DNA from: a bacterium
GTDB lineage: Bacteria; Cyanobacteriota; Vampirovibrionia; Gastranaerophilales; JAILCC01
Length of the DNA stretch: 64,000 nt
NCBI GenBank assembly: GCA_024680555.1
Contig: JAILCC010000016.1
Span: forward strand, 170,561-234,560
Reading direction: 5' to 3'
Part shown: positions 20,038 to 30,278 of the stretch, piece after piece
Numbering within the stretch: the first letter of the stretch is position 1
How the letters are laid out: every line of letters starts with the position of its first letter
Notes under the pieces: generated by a model
Database searches by the model: none
Told to the model about the DNA's origin: nothing
What the model saw: only the letters and a program-made list of their open reading frames with translations
Made by a program: the position numbers and the translations under genes

Positions 20038-22493
20038 TTTGTTCTAAGCTCCTGCAATAAAAATCTGTAAGCTTTTTCGCCGATTTCATCAACTATCATA
20101 TCAAATCTGCGTTCTATCTTATTTTTACTGTCAGTCGATATTGTACTGTCAATATTTTTCTTTGAAAGCATATATGATTTCAGGGCATTTTTGTAATCTT
20201 TTTTGCGGAAAAACGCATCACCCAATTCAAGATAACTTGCCGCAATCATATAACTGTCCTCCGTCTGTTTGGCACATTGAGTAGCTTTCAACAAAACGGA
20301 TATAGCTGTATTTATGTCATTTTTCTTCATAAGCAACCCGCCAAGCGAAGACAAACTCTTGGTTTGCCCCTCAAAGTTCTTATAGTATTCATCAACTTTT
20401 AAAGACTTTTTATAAAACTCTACCGCTTTTTGAGTATCATTTTTTTCTTCATAAATAGAAGCAATATTTGAATATGTAGAACCGAGCATAGATTTATCCT
20501 GAAGCTCTGCAGCATCCGTAGCGGACAACAAATAATTATACAACGCTTTGTCAGTATCATTCTTATCGTCATAATATAGTGCAATCTTAAAATACGCTTT
20601 AGAACAAAGAGCCTTATTATTATTGGCTTTTGCAATACTTAATGCCTTGTTATACAGACTCAAAGCCTCTGTACCTTTTTCCTGAAACTCCATAACGGAA
20701 GCCTGTTCAATTATAACTTCGACCTGCAAATCAGCAGGAATGTCATATTTCATTAACTCTTTAAGCTGAATAAGGGCATTATCATAGTCAAAATTATCGC
20801 TATAAGCTCTTGCCAGCGTATATTTAGCCAGATAAAAACTGCTGTTATCTTTGTCCTGCAAGAGCGGCAATGCGCTTTTCAAGTAGGTTATACTCTCCTC
20901 GGTATTCCCTTGCAAATAAGCATCATTCCCTTTTTGCAAAAGGTCTTGCGCTTTCATGAGGTCGTTATCTTCAATCATGTTCAAATCATTGAGATTATCC
21001 ATATATCTTGAATTGATTTCTTCGACGGGGTTATTATTCTTGCTTCCGGCGAGAATATCTTTTGGCGGCTTGAACGGAGAAAAGTTCATAAAATCTTTTT
21101 CTTCAGAATCTAAATATTCTTCGTCATTTTGCGCCTCAATGTTGAACATTGCCGATGCGGGTTTATCTTTCATTTCAAAATCAGGAAGATATTTTGTGGA
21201 TGCAATATACTGTATCGTTTGCGCATCCGGCTTAACATCCTGAGGAACAACCGCAGGATTGACCGAAGTTTGACTCCTAGCTGACTGTATGCTCGCACTC
21301 TTACTGAGTTTTGAATATATATTGTAATGGTAAAATTTTTCGGAATACATACTTATTCTTGATATTTCAAGAACTCTTTCGCTCGGTTTTAACGGAATTT
21401 GATTAGCATAGAAATCGGCAATTCTTTCGTGAAAATACATTTTTTCTTTTGTACCAAGTGTTGCATATACAATATTCCTAACAATTGTCCGAGCCTCAAA
21501 ATTATCTTCGCCCTCAAGCAAAGAAATTCTTTGCAGATTTGATATTGCGCCCGACACATCAACAAAACTGTCCACACATTTCAAGACAGACAACGATATT
21601 TCATGCCTGAACACAGAAAAATATGTAAGAATATTAAGCTCCTCATCAGATAATTTCGTTATGAGTTTTTTAATTAAATATACTACCAAATCTTCTCGGC
21701 GCATTGATTTTTCTTTTAAAACCGCACCGACAGGGAGATTAAATACCCTAGATACTATAGCAAGGAGTTTCAACTGATATATGTAGCCACCCGATAAATC
21801 GTAAATTTCTTTATTCACAGACGGTGAAGAATCGACTTTGTATATTGCGAGAAAATCTTTTATCTGATTTTCGTCCAAACCGTGCAGTTCAATACTTGAG
21901 AGAGAATTTTCCGGCAACGCAAGGGACTTTGAAATATCATAATTGCTCATTATGACGACTTTTATATTTTTCATCACAGACAAATATTCCAAAAAGCTCT
22001 TCATATTTTCCGCACGCATGTTACCTTGCTCATCAGCAAGATTTTCAAAGCCGTCAAAAATCAATACCAAATTCGACGGAGAATTTTTTAAATAATAGAG
22101 TATTTGTTCATCCAAAGAATTAGGTTTAAAAGTCGAAACACCGCTGCGAGCAGCATCTTTTCTTATTATGGGATTTCTTAATGAGAATTTGTATAAGGCA
22201 TAGAATATATCGTCAAGTTCAGTAACTTCGCTGCAATTGTACTCAAAGACCTTTGTTGTTTCCGCAAAAAGCCCTTTTATTAAGGATTTAAACGAACTTT
22301 TTCCACTGCCAGATACGCCTGTAATCTGCAAAAACGGAGTTATATCAAACAATCTTGTAAACGTAACTATATGCTGATATTGCAGTAACGCATAGAACTC
22401 AAAATACGCCCCCAAAGACTTCGTAAGATTTTTTACAAAAGCCACCGGATCTTGCTTAAGCAAATTTAACAACTGTGGTTTTATATAACTCAA
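20034..22493 (-). CDS. STAND-like P-loop NTPase with C-terminal TPR array
   Basis: Walker A GVSGSGKS, Walker B LIFDGFE, GG(Y)xxxL motif, helical/winged-helix region, acidic linker, TPRs. Confidence 0.65.
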   Translation of the reverse strand: MSYIKPQLLNLLKQDPVAFVKNLTKSLGAYFEFYALLQYQHIVTFTRLFDITPFLQITGVSGSGKSSFKSLIKGLFAETTKVFEYNCSEVTELDDIFYALYKFSLRNPIIRKDAARSGVSTFKPNSLDEQILYYLKNSPSNLVLIFDGFENLADEQGNMRAENMKSFLEYLSVMKNIKVVIMSNYDISKSLALPENSLSSIELHGLDENQIKDFLAIYKVDSSPSVNKEIYDLSGGYIYQLKLLAIVSRVFNLPVGAVLKEKSMRREDLVVYLIKKLITKLSDEELNILTYFSVFRHEISLSVLKCVDSFVDVSGAISNLQRISLLEGEDNFEARTIVRNIVYATLGTKEKMYFHERIADFYANQIPLKPSERVLEISRISMYSEKFYHYNIYSKLSKSASIQSARSQTSVNPAVVPQDVKPDAQTIQYIASTKYLPDFEMKDKPASAMFNIEAQNDEEYLDSEEKDFMNFSPFKPPKDILAGSKNNNPVEEINSRYMDNLNDLNMIEDNDLMKAQDLLQKGNDAYLQGNTEESITYLKSALPLLQDKDNSSFYLAKYTLARAYSDNFDYDNALIQLKELMKYDIPADLQVEVIIEQASVMEFQEKGTEALSLYNKALSIAKANNNKALCSKAYFKIALYYDDKNDTDKALYNYLLSATDAAELQDKSMLGSTYSNIASIYEEKNDTQKAVEFYKKSLKVDEYYKNFEGQTKSLSSLGGLLMKKNDINTAISVLLKATQCAKQTEDSYMIAASYLELGDAFFRKKDYKNALKSYMLSKKNIDSTISTDSKNKIERRFDMIVDEIGEKAYRFLLQELRTK

Positions 22494-22554
22494 TTTCGTA
22501 CTCTAATTCTACTGCTACCTTTATTAAAGCAACTTTTTTAATATAGTGCAAATA

Positions 22555-22806
22555 TTATACAGAATTTATAAGCTTTATTTTTTCAATTCTGGAAAGAGCT
22601 TTTATTCTAGCTTCCTCTTTCATTGCCTCTTGTTTTGTCTCAAACTCTTTTGTATAAACAATCTTTACAGGTTTATTGGCTCGAGTGTATTTGGCTGCTT
22701 TCCCTTCGCAATGTTTTTTAAATCTTTTTTGAACATCATCGGTATAGCCGCAATAATATGTACCTCTCTCCGTTAAAAGAATGTAAACAAAATAATTTTT
22801 ATCCAT
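22555..22806 (-). CDS. GIY-YIG nuclease (UPF0213/YazA-like)
   Basis: YFVYIL...YYCGYT...RFKKH...AKYTR...AMKEE.RIK. Confidence 0.88.
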   Translation of the reverse strand: MDKNYFVYILLTERGTYYCGYTDDVQKRFKKHCEGKAAKYTRANKPVKIVYTKEFETKQEAMKEEARIKALSRIEKIKLINSV

Positions 22807-23767
22807 TATTTACCGCCATATCAAGCATTTTTAATATTCCGGAAAAATTTTCTTCTCGGACAAGTGCGTCCCTCATGGATGCTGCATTCTTTATGCCTCT
22901 TATATAATGTCCGTAAAACTTACGCATAAAATGCAGCGCATTTTCTTCTCCTCGATAGAATATCTCCCTGTCTATATGCCTTTTTAAAATATCTATTTTG
23001 GTTTTTAAATCCGGTTCGGAAATGATTTCTCCGGTTTTAAAATAATGTTCCGTTCTTGCTATCAAATCGGGATTTCCGAGAATACCCCTGCCTATCATAA
23101 CACCGTCACAACCTGTAAGATTATAACATTCGGCAGCTTTTTCAACGCTTGTAATATCACCGTTTGCAAATACCGGAATATCAACCGCTTTTTTCAGTTC
23201 TTTTATTGCACTCCAATCCGCCGAACCCGAATACATCTGTGTCCTCGTCCTTGCATGCATTGTTATCATGCTCGCTCCCGCATCCTGCATGTATTCGCCC
23301 ATTTTTATATAGTTTTTGGAATTTGCATCCCATCCGAGCCGAAACTTTACACTTACCGGTTTATCCGTTGCCTCAACTACGGCTTTAACAATACCATAAG
23401 CCAGTGAAGGGTTTTTCATAAGCGCACTTCCGTCCATGTTTTTTACAATTTTATTTACTGGACATCCCATATTTATATCGATAATTGCCGCATTTTTTTG
23501 AATTTTTTGTGCCGCCTTTGCCATTATATCGGGCTTATGGCCCGAAATCTGAAATGCTATAGGCTTTTCAAATTCTTCACAATAAGCTATAGACTGCTCT
23601 TTATTCCACATCAGAGCTTCCGAACTGAGCATCTCTGTAACCAACAGGCAGTCTTTTGAGAACTCCCTTATAATTTGTCTGAAAGCCGCATCCGTTATAC
23701 CTGCCATCGGGGCAAGTATAACTCTGCTATTTAATTCAAAATCACCTATTTTGACGCAGCCGGACAT
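22799..23767 (-). CDS. dusB: tRNA-dihydrouridine synthase DusB
   Basis: LAPMAGITD, IDINMGCP, HARTR, ANGDI, MIGRG. Confidence 0.92.
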   Translation of the reverse strand: MSGCVKIGDFELNSRVILAPMAGITDAAFRQIIREFSKDCLLVTEMLSSEALMWNKEQSIAYCEEFEKPIAFQISGHKPDIMAKAAQKIQKNAAIIDINMGCPVNKIVKNMDGSALMKNPSLAYGIVKAVVEATDKPVSVKFRLGWDANSKNYIKMGEYMQDAGASMITMHARTRTQMYSGSADWSAIKELKKAVDIPVFANGDITSVEKAAECYNLTGCDGVMIGRGILGNPDLIARTEHYFKTGEIISEPDLKTKIDILKRHIDREIFYRGEENALHFMRKFYGHYIRGIKNAASMRDALVREENFSGILKMLDMAVNNG

Positions 23768-25891
23768 TTATAGCTCAGATAACCTCTGCTTTGCATATTG
23801 GGTATATTCATCATTTGTTGTTTCATTCTCTTGCAAGAATTTTTGATACATTTTTTTCGCCTCGGCTTTATTATCAAGCGCATCATAGCTTAAAGCTATT
23901 GAATAATATGCCATTGTAAGCTCGGGGTTTAATTCTATAGCCTTTTTGTAATCGGCAATTGCCAAAGCATTTTTGCCTTTTGTATCATAAACAAGTCCTC
24001 GATAATAATACGCATAACCGTTTTCTGCACAAATTGCTATCGACTTATTAAAGTTATTCAGTGCATCATCATTCTTGTTATTTTCAAATTGTTTTATGGC
24101 AGTATTCATCAATTGCTCTGACTGAGCAAATTTCAATGACTTATATGCATCTTCTATATCGGGATTAAGGTCATCAAGCTCTTTTGCCTTTTTCAGCGCA
24201 ATTTCCGCCTTGGGATAATCTTTTTTGTATAAATACGCTAAACCCAAGAAATAATAAGCATTCGGGCTGGAAGCATCCTTTGCAATTGCTTTATTATAAT
24301 AATTTATTGCATCGTCATATTTTTCCATTGCCTGATAACAAGCACCAATACCCAAATATACATCTTCAGATGGGTTTGAAATTCCTTGATATACAGCTAT
24401 TGCACCATTATAATCTTTGTTATTATAAAGATTTGCCGCCTTTTCCGCAAGTTGGAAATTCTTTTCGTCTTCAAACTCAGCCAAACCTTGGGTAATTTTT
24501 TCTTCATCGGGAAATACCAGTTTGGCACTATTCAAAACCTCAATAGCTTTGGCGGTATCATTTTTTTGTCTGTATATAGAAGCGAGGTTCAAATATGCAT
24601 CAAGTCTTTTGTTGTCGGCAGATATAACCTTTTTGTATTCCACCAAAGCATCCTCATATTTTTTTGCCTTATGAAGTGCATACGCATAGTTGTAAACTAT
24701 ATCCGCATCAGATGGGAATTTTTCAGACAGAGTTTGCAAATGCGCCAATGCCGATTCTTCCGTAGTTTCACCTATTACATTTAAAAGGTCATTTTTTATT
24801 TCGGTATTGTTAGGATTTGCCACCAACAAATTTTCATACATGACAATAGCCGCATCCGTATGCCCCATTTTATAAAGAGTGGTAGCCTTGTAAGTTGCAA
24901 CTGTAACATCATTCGGACGTATTTTCAAAATATCATTGTATATTGAAAGCGCTTCGGAATATTTTTTTTGTTGTTGAAGCAAGGTTGCCATATTTAATCT
25001 TATCATCTGATTTTTGGGATCAATGGCTTTTGCCTTTCTGTACTGTTCCATTGCCAAATCGTATTGACCTTTGTTTTGGTAAACAACACCCAAATTCATC
25101 TGAGCCACCGGATCATTAGGTCTTTTGGTTGCACGTTCTTTCCAAATATTTTCCAATAATTGAGTTGCCTCATCTTTGGTATTCGGATTTTCCATAGCAA
25201 TATCAAGCTCTCTTACTGCTGTGTCAATATTTCCCAATTTATAGAGTGTTCTGCCGAATTTGAGGTGCAAATACGGATCAGACGCATCTTGTGCAAGCGC
25301 TTTATCATAGTATATTGCAGCATTATATTCGCTTGAAAGGTTTTTCATAACATCACCCATTGCAACGTAACTTTCATAGGAATATTTTCTGTCCTTGGCA
25401 GCATAAGAATATTCAACGATAGCCGCCGTAAACTCACCCTTTCCACGCAATTCTTTTGCTTTTCTCAAGCGGTTTGGAGCATCAAGTTTAAACTTTTGGC
25501 GTTCTAAAACACTTGTAAGGTTTTGATGCGCAATTGGCACGTTTTGATTCATTGTGGGAGTATTTGCTGATTTGTTATAAAATTCAAGATAGTATATGGC
25601 ATTTCTGTAATCATTAGCGGCACTTTCCAAATCGGTGCCTTTATTGTATGCTTCAGTACCTCTGGACGTGTAGGCAACCGCCAAATTATTAAGTATTGAA
25701 GTATTATTAGGCTCTTGAATAAGCGCCTTTTGAAAATAATCAATCGCATTGACGTACTCTTTACGCTGCAAGGCATTCATGCCCGCTGTGTAATAATCTT
25801 CCGCAAATGACACCGTTTGCCAAAACATAAATACGGCTATAAGAGCCAAAAACAATCTCATAAATACTTTGTTCCCATTCATTATTATCAT
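23768..25891 (-). CDS. Exported tetratricopeptide repeat protein
   Basis: Sec signal and many 34-aa TPR units. Confidence 0.88.
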   Translation of the reverse strand: MIIMNGNKVFMRLFLALIAVFMFWQTVSFAEDYYTAGMNALQRKEYVNAIDYFQKALIQEPNNTSILNNLAVAYTSRGTEAYNKGTDLESAANDYRNAIYYLEFYNKSANTPTMNQNVPIAHQNLTSVLERQKFKLDAPNRLRKAKELRGKGEFTAAIVEYSYAAKDRKYSYESYVAMGDVMKNLSSEYNAAIYYDKALAQDASDPYLHLKFGRTLYKLGNIDTAVRELDIAMENPNTKDEATQLLENIWKERATKRPNDPVAQMNLGVVYQNKGQYDLAMEQYRKAKAIDPKNQMIRLNMATLLQQQKKYSEALSIYNDILKIRPNDVTVATYKATTLYKMGHTDAAIVMYENLLVANPNNTEIKNDLLNVIGETTEESALAHLQTLSEKFPSDADIVYNYAYALHKAKKYEDALVEYKKVISADNKRLDAYLNLASIYRQKNDTAKAIEVLNSAKLVFPDEEKITQGLAEFEDEKNFQLAEKAANLYNNKDYNGAIAVYQGISNPSEDVYLGIGACYQAMEKYDDAINYYNKAIAKDASSPNAYYFLGLAYLYKKDYPKAEIALKKAKELDDLNPDIEDAYKSLKFAQSEQLMNTAIKQFENNKNDDALNNFNKSIAICAENGYAYYYRGLVYDTKGKNALAIADYKKAIELNPELTMAYYSIALSYDALDNKAEAKKMYQKFLQENETTNDEYTQYAKQRLSEL

Positions 25892-25903
25892 CCTAAATTT
25901 GTA

Positions 25904-27052
25904 CTAATTAAGACTTTCAAGAAATGCTTTTACGCCTGAACCAAGCTCAATATCAGCACCAAGCTTTTTGAGTGTCAATTCAAGAGCGCCAATTGCGCCA
26001 ATAACATCTCTTTCGCAAACATAACCCAATGTACCCATTCTGAAAATTTTTCCTTTGAGTGCATTTTGTCCGTCTGCAACGACTATATCAAAATCATTTT
26101 TCAAACCTTTTCTGATATCAGCAACGCTTATTCCCTCGGGAGGAAGAATAGACGTAATTGAATAGCTTGCCTTATTGTCATCTTCAACAAACAACTTTAA
26201 GCCGATAGCTCTGATTGCTTTTCTTAAACCGAGAGCAAGTCTTTTATGTCTTGCAAAAATATTCTCCAAGCCCTCTTCTTTCATCATTTTCAATGTTGCA
26301 TTAAGCGCACAAATCAATGATACTGCCGGTGTATAAGGAGTTGTATCACCTTCTACCGCTTTTTTATGAGCCTTGAAATCAAAATAAAAACTCGGATACT
26401 TGCATTCTTCATATGCTTTCATCGCTCTGTCGCTCGCCATAAGGAAAGACAACCCAGGAGGAATCATCAAGCCTTTTTGTGAACCAGTAATAAGGATATC
26501 GATACCCCATTCGTCAGGTTTGACATCCATAGCGCCGACACTTGTAACACCGTCCACAACCGAAAGTGCACCATGCTCCCTTATTATCGCCATAATATCT
26601 TTAATCGGATTTGCACAGCCAGTGGAAGTTTCACTGTGAGTAACGGTTATAACTTTAATTTCTTTGTTAACATCTTTATTAAGACGTTCTTTCAACATAT
26701 CCAAGTCAACAGTTTGTCCGAATTCAAAAGTCATTCTTTCAACTTCAGCACCTCTTGTTTCGGAAATCTTTGCCAATCTTTCGCCAAAATTACCTATAAC
26801 AAGAGAAAGGACCTTATCGCCCGGGTTCAGGATATTAGCCAATGCTGCTTCCATTGCTCCGGTGCCGCTTGCGGTAAATATAAATACATTGTTATTCGTC
26901 TGGAATAACCATTTTAAGTCTGCATAAGTTTCTTTTAATATAGCCGAGAACTCAGTGCTTCTGTGTCCTAACGGAGCTTTACCCATTTCCAAAAGCGCAG
27001 TTTGGGGAACAGGAGTCGGTCCCGGAATCATTAAAAATTGTTTATCTATCAT
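25904..27052 (-). CDS. Alanine--glyoxylate/serine--pyruvate aminotransferase (class V)
   Basis: MIPGPTP, HSETSTG, VDGVTS, TGSQKGLMIPPG. Confidence 0.9.
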   Translation of the reverse strand: MIDKQFLMIPGPTPVPQTALLEMGKAPLGHRSTEFSAILKETYADLKWLFQTNNNVFIFTASGTGAMEAALANILNPGDKVLSLVIGNFGERLAKISETRGAEVERMTFEFGQTVDLDMLKERLNKDVNKEIKVITVTHSETSTGCANPIKDIMAIIREHGALSVVDGVTSVGAMDVKPDEWGIDILITGSQKGLMIPPGLSFLMASDRAMKAYEECKYPSFYFDFKAHKKAVEGDTTPYTPAVSLICALNATLKMMKEEGLENIFARHKRLALGLRKAIRAIGLKLFVEDDNKASYSITSILPPEGISVADIRKGLKNDFDIVVADGQNALKGKIFRMGTLGYVCERDVIGAIGALELTLKKLGADIELGSGVKAFLESLN

Positions 27053-27157
27053 TGCTACTCTCCTCTTTATGTATTTGCATTATTATTTTTGCACAAACAA
27101 ACACTATATGTAAATTATTTTACCAGAATTTACATAAGAAAACATAAAAAGAAGAAA

Positions 27158-27229
27158 AGCGGGCGACGAGACTCGAACTCGCGACGTCAACCTTGGGAAG
27201 GTTGCATTCTACCACTGAATTACGCCCGC
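27158..27229 (-). tRNA. tRNA-Gly(CCC), CCA not encoded
   Basis: GCGGGCG/CGCCCGC acceptor stem, CAACC-TTCCCAA-GGTTG anticodon arm, GTTCGAG T loop. Confidence 0.96.
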
Positions 27230-27327
27230 AAAATCATCATGTCATGCTGAACTTGTTCCAACACCACTATTATAGCAAAAAATTTTATGTTTATATTTCA
27301 TATAACTGAAATTCTATAAGGATAGTT

Positions 27328-27789
27328 ATGGCAAATATTTCTTCTGTAAATTTTGGTTATAGCAATTATGGCGGATACTACGGCGGATACAGTGACAGAC
27401 GCTCCAACGGTTCGTACGACAGACGCAGTTCAAGATATGACGGCATAACTTACGTAAACAGCAGAAGACCTTCTCCTGACGGCATTACATATTTGAACGG
27501 AAGAAGACCGTCACCCGATGGTATAACCTATGTAAACGGCAGAATACCCTCACCCGACGGCATAACTTATGTAAACAGCAGGAGACCTTCTCCTGACGGA
27601 ATAACCTATGTAAACGGCAGAATGCCCTCGCTTGACGGCATAACATACACGGACAACTATAGACCATCGCCGGATGGCATAACCGATATAAGCGGCAGAA
27701 GAAAACCATATACTGACTATATTCCGGGTTGGTATTCTTACGGTATCCCGAGACGCTCCGGCAGTTATAATTCAGGCTTGCCCTGCTAA
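27328..27789 (+). CDS. Repeat peptide protein: ISSVNFG leader, YG-rich segment, 7x13-aa repeats
   Basis: AAGGA SD; repeat units differ mostly at synonymous positions. Confidence 0.75.
   Translation: MANISSVNFGYSNYGGYYGGYSDRRSNGSYDRRSSRYDGITYVNSRRPSPDGITYLNGRRPSPDGITYVNGRIPSPDGITYVNSRRPSPDGITYVNGRMPSLDGITYTDNYRPSPDGITDISGRRKPYTDYIPGWYSYGIPRRSGSYNSGLPC
27439..27711 (+). repeat. Seven tandem 39-bp coding repeats (DGITYVNG/SRRPSP)
   Basis: GAC/T GGC/T/A ATA/T AC recurs every 39 bp with no unique spacers. Confidence 0.92.
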
Positions 27790-27807
27790 AAAATTTGAGA
27801 GAAAAAT

Positions 27808-28677
27808 ATGATAATATCCAAAATTACATTTTGCAATAATGTATCTACATACGCTCATACCCGCAAAAGTGACAGACAAACAATAAAAACATTTTGGGCA
27901 TCAAACCCATCATTTACGTCCGCTAAGGGTGATACGTATCAATCAACTATTTCCCAAAAATTACACAATGGAAATATTGCGGAAAAAGCCATAATAAATC
28001 AAGGCTTCTCAAATAAACCCGAAGCAGAAAAATTGTTGTCCCTATTAAAAAGTCAGGACAAACAAAAAGCCGTATTGCTAAATAATATTTTCAAATATTG
28101 GAGCTACGTCAACAATGATATGGTTATCAATACAAAAGCACTTCCAAGCGGACTTCCTGAGGATAATTCTCTCGGTATTGCCATTTTGGGTTATGAATTA
28201 ACCCCTGACGGAAAAATGAGCAAGGAACTGTTGGGCAGATTGAATGCCGGACTGTTGTGTGCAAAAAAATATCCGAATGCATACGTCATTCTGAGCGGAG
28301 GACATTCAGCCAAAAATCGCCCAGATGTTTCAGAAGGCGACCTAATGGAAAAATGGCTCGTTAAAAACGGAATAGATAAAAAGAGAATTATTATTGAAGA
28401 TAAATCCCTCAATACCCTTGAAAATGCAAAATTTGTAAATTCTCTGTTGCGAAAAAGCTACCCGCAAATTAACTCGCTGGCAATTATCAGCAGCTACAAC
28501 CACATACCGAGAAGCTGCCTGTTATTTGAAGCGCTTCTTCAAAAAGAAAATTTGGCAAACGGTTCCAATATACATGTGGTTTCAAATTATGCTTATACCA
28601 ACAAGTCCAACATATTGCCCGAACAAAATGAACAGCTCAGGCAAATAAGAGGACTGCTAATGATATTGTCGAAATAA
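27808..28677 (+). CDS. YdcF/SanA/ElyC (DUF218) family protein with N-terminal extension
   Basis: ILGY...LGRL...ILSGG...SEGDLM...EDKSLNTLENA...SSYNHIPRS. Confidence 0.85.
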   Translation: MIISKITFCNNVSTYAHTRKSDRQTIKTFWASNPSFTSAKGDTYQSTISQKLHNGNIAEKAIINQGFSNKPEAEKLLSLLKSQDKQKAVLLNNIFKYWSYVNNDMVINTKALPSGLPEDNSLGIAILGYELTPDGKMSKELLGRLNAGLLCAKKYPNAYVILSGGHSAKNRPDVSEGDLMEKWLVKNGIDKKRIIIEDKSLNTLENAKFVNSLLRKSYPQINSLAIISSYNHIPRSCLLFEALLQKENLANGSNIHVVSNYAYTNKSNILPEQNEQLRQIRGLLMILSK

Positions 28678-28684
28678 AAGATAT

Positions 28685-28712
28685 AAAAAAGCCGATATTT
28701 CTATCGGCTTTA
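28685..28712. terminator. Bidirectional intrinsic terminator
   Basis: AAAGCCGATA-TTTC-TATCGGCTTT between convergent genes. Confidence 0.8.
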
Positions 28713-28718
28713 TCTATT

Positions 28719-29912
28719 TTATTTTATGTTGTTTAAGACAAATTCTATATCTTTATCGCCCCTGCCGGAGAGGTTTACGAGAATTTTTTCCGTCGGATGC
28801 TCTTTTGCAAGCTTCAACGCATAAGCTACGGCATGAGAACTTTCCAATGCAGGGATAATGCCCTCTTGTCTTGACAACTCGTAAAAAGCATCAATCGCCT
28901 CTCTATCAGTAATCACGTCATAATGAACTCTGCCGATTTCGTGCAAATAGCAATGCTTCGGTCCAACTCCGGGATAATCAAGTCCGCTTGCAACCGAATA
29001 AGCATTTGCAACGTTTCCGTTTTCATCCTGAAGCAATAAGCATTTGAATGCGTGCAAAATTCCTTCTTTACCGTAAGTTATACTTGCGGCATTTTCACCA
29101 AGTTTTACGCCTTTTCCGAGAGGTTCAACGCCGTATAATTTTACGTTTTCATCATCAAGAAAACCGCTGAACATACCTATTGCGTTTGAACCTCCACCGA
29201 CACACGCAACAACATGGTCGGGTAAAACATCTGCCATCTCTATAAATTGAGCTCTTGCTTCCCTGCCGATTACCGACTGAAAATATTCTATTATCATAGG
29301 AAACGGATGTGGTCCTACCGCAGAACCTATAGCATACATAGCCGTTTCATATTCCTTTGAATATGCAACAAATGCCTCATCAACAGCTTCTTTCAACGTT
29401 TTTGTACCGCTTTCAACGCTTATGATATTTGCGCCCAATATTCTCATCCTGTCAACGTTTGGTTTCTCTTTTATAATATCTACGGCACCCATATAGATAT
29501 CACAATCTAGCCCCATCAATGCCGCAGCCGTAGCCGTAGCAACACCGTGTTGACCTGCACCGGTTTCGGCTATAAGTTTGGTCTTGCCCATTCTCTTGGC
29601 AAGAAGTGCTTCACCCAAAGAGTGATTGATTTTGTGAGCACCTGTGTGGTTTAAATCTTCCCTTTTAAAATAAATTTGCGCTCCGTATTTGTCGGAAAGA
29701 TTTTTTGCAAAACTTACAGGGCTCGGACGACCTGCATAGTGTTTCAACAAATAGTCAAGTTCGTCCGTAAATTTCTTATCGTTTATTGCCTCATTAAACG
29801 CTTCTTCTATCCTTTTAAATTCATTTTTTAATACATCCGGCAAATAATTTCCGCCGAATTTTCCGAAATATCCGAGTTGGTCGGGCTTGATATTGCATTT
29901 TGTTTCGTTCAT
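28719..29912 (-). CDS. trpB: Tryptophan synthase beta chain (no trpA adjacent)
   Basis: [49 protein letters not shown]. Confidence 0.96.
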   Translation of the reverse strand: MNETKCNIKPDQLGYFGKFGGNYLPDVLKNEFKRIEEAFNEAINDKKFTDELDYLLKHYAGRPSPVSFAKNLSDKYGAQIYFKREDLNHTGAHKINHSLGEALLAKRMGKTKLIAETGAGQHGVATATAAALMGLDCDIYMGAVDIIKEKPNVDRMRILGANIISVESGTKTLKEAVDEAFVAYSKEYETAMYAIGSAVGPHPFPMIIEYFQSVIGREARAQFIEMADVLPDHVVACVGGGSNAIGMFSGFLDDENVKLYGVEPLGKGVKLGENAASITYGKEGILHAFKCLLLQDENGNVANAYSVASGLDYPGVGPKHCYLHEIGRVHYDVITDREAIDAFYELSRQEGIIPALESSHAVAYALKLAKEHPTEKILVNLSGRGDKDIEFVLNNIK

Positions 29913-29922
29913 ATTGTCTCCT

Positions 29923-30177
29923 TTATAAATTTTTTGCTATTGTAGATTTTTTATTTTTGAGGATTTTAGAACCTCTTGTAACCTTGCAAAGACTGACATT
30001 CAGCTCTTTTGAAATTTCTCTTTGCGTCATACCTGCATTTAATAACTCCAAGATTTGCCACCTTTTTGAAAGTGTTTCCACTTCAGTTTCCGTCAGTATT
30101 TCAAGCAGGAAATTGCATATTTCTTTGTCTGTTTTAAGCTTGTGTATTGCTTTTGCTATCTCTTGTATACTGTTCAT
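29923..30177 (-). CDS. trpR: TrpR/YerC-family repressor
   Basis: [14 protein letters not shown]...[23 protein letters not shown]; ATG at 30177 lies downstream of the promoter. Confidence 0.85.
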   Translation of the reverse strand: MNSIQEIAKAIHKLKTDKEICNFLLEILTETEVETLSKRWQILELLNAGMTQREISKELNVSLCKVTRGSKILKNKKSTIAKNL

Positions 30178-30189
30178 CGCATGCCTTTT

Positions 30190-30237
30190 TGTTTCTACTT
30201 GTAGTAACATTATAAATCATGTTTTTGTTTCTGTCAA
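30190..30237 (-). promoter_or_regulatory. Consensus sigma70 promoter with palindromic operator for trpR-trpB
   Basis: TTGACA(30237-30232)-N17-TATAAT(30214-30209), followed by imperfect palindrome TGTTACTACAAGTAGAAACA (30209-30190). Confidence 0.75.
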
Positions 30238-30278
30238 TAGTAACAAGTAAAATATTATTTTTGTTATATAATCTCACT

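Noticed and set aside
27038-27250. 70-aa ORF containing SGRRDSNSRRQPWEG
   Set aside because: It is the antisense translation of tRNA-Gly.
27439-27711. Regular 39-bp periodicity as a CRISPR array
   Set aside because: No unique spacers, unit is a multiple of 3 within an ORF with synonymous variation, and no cas genes in the window.
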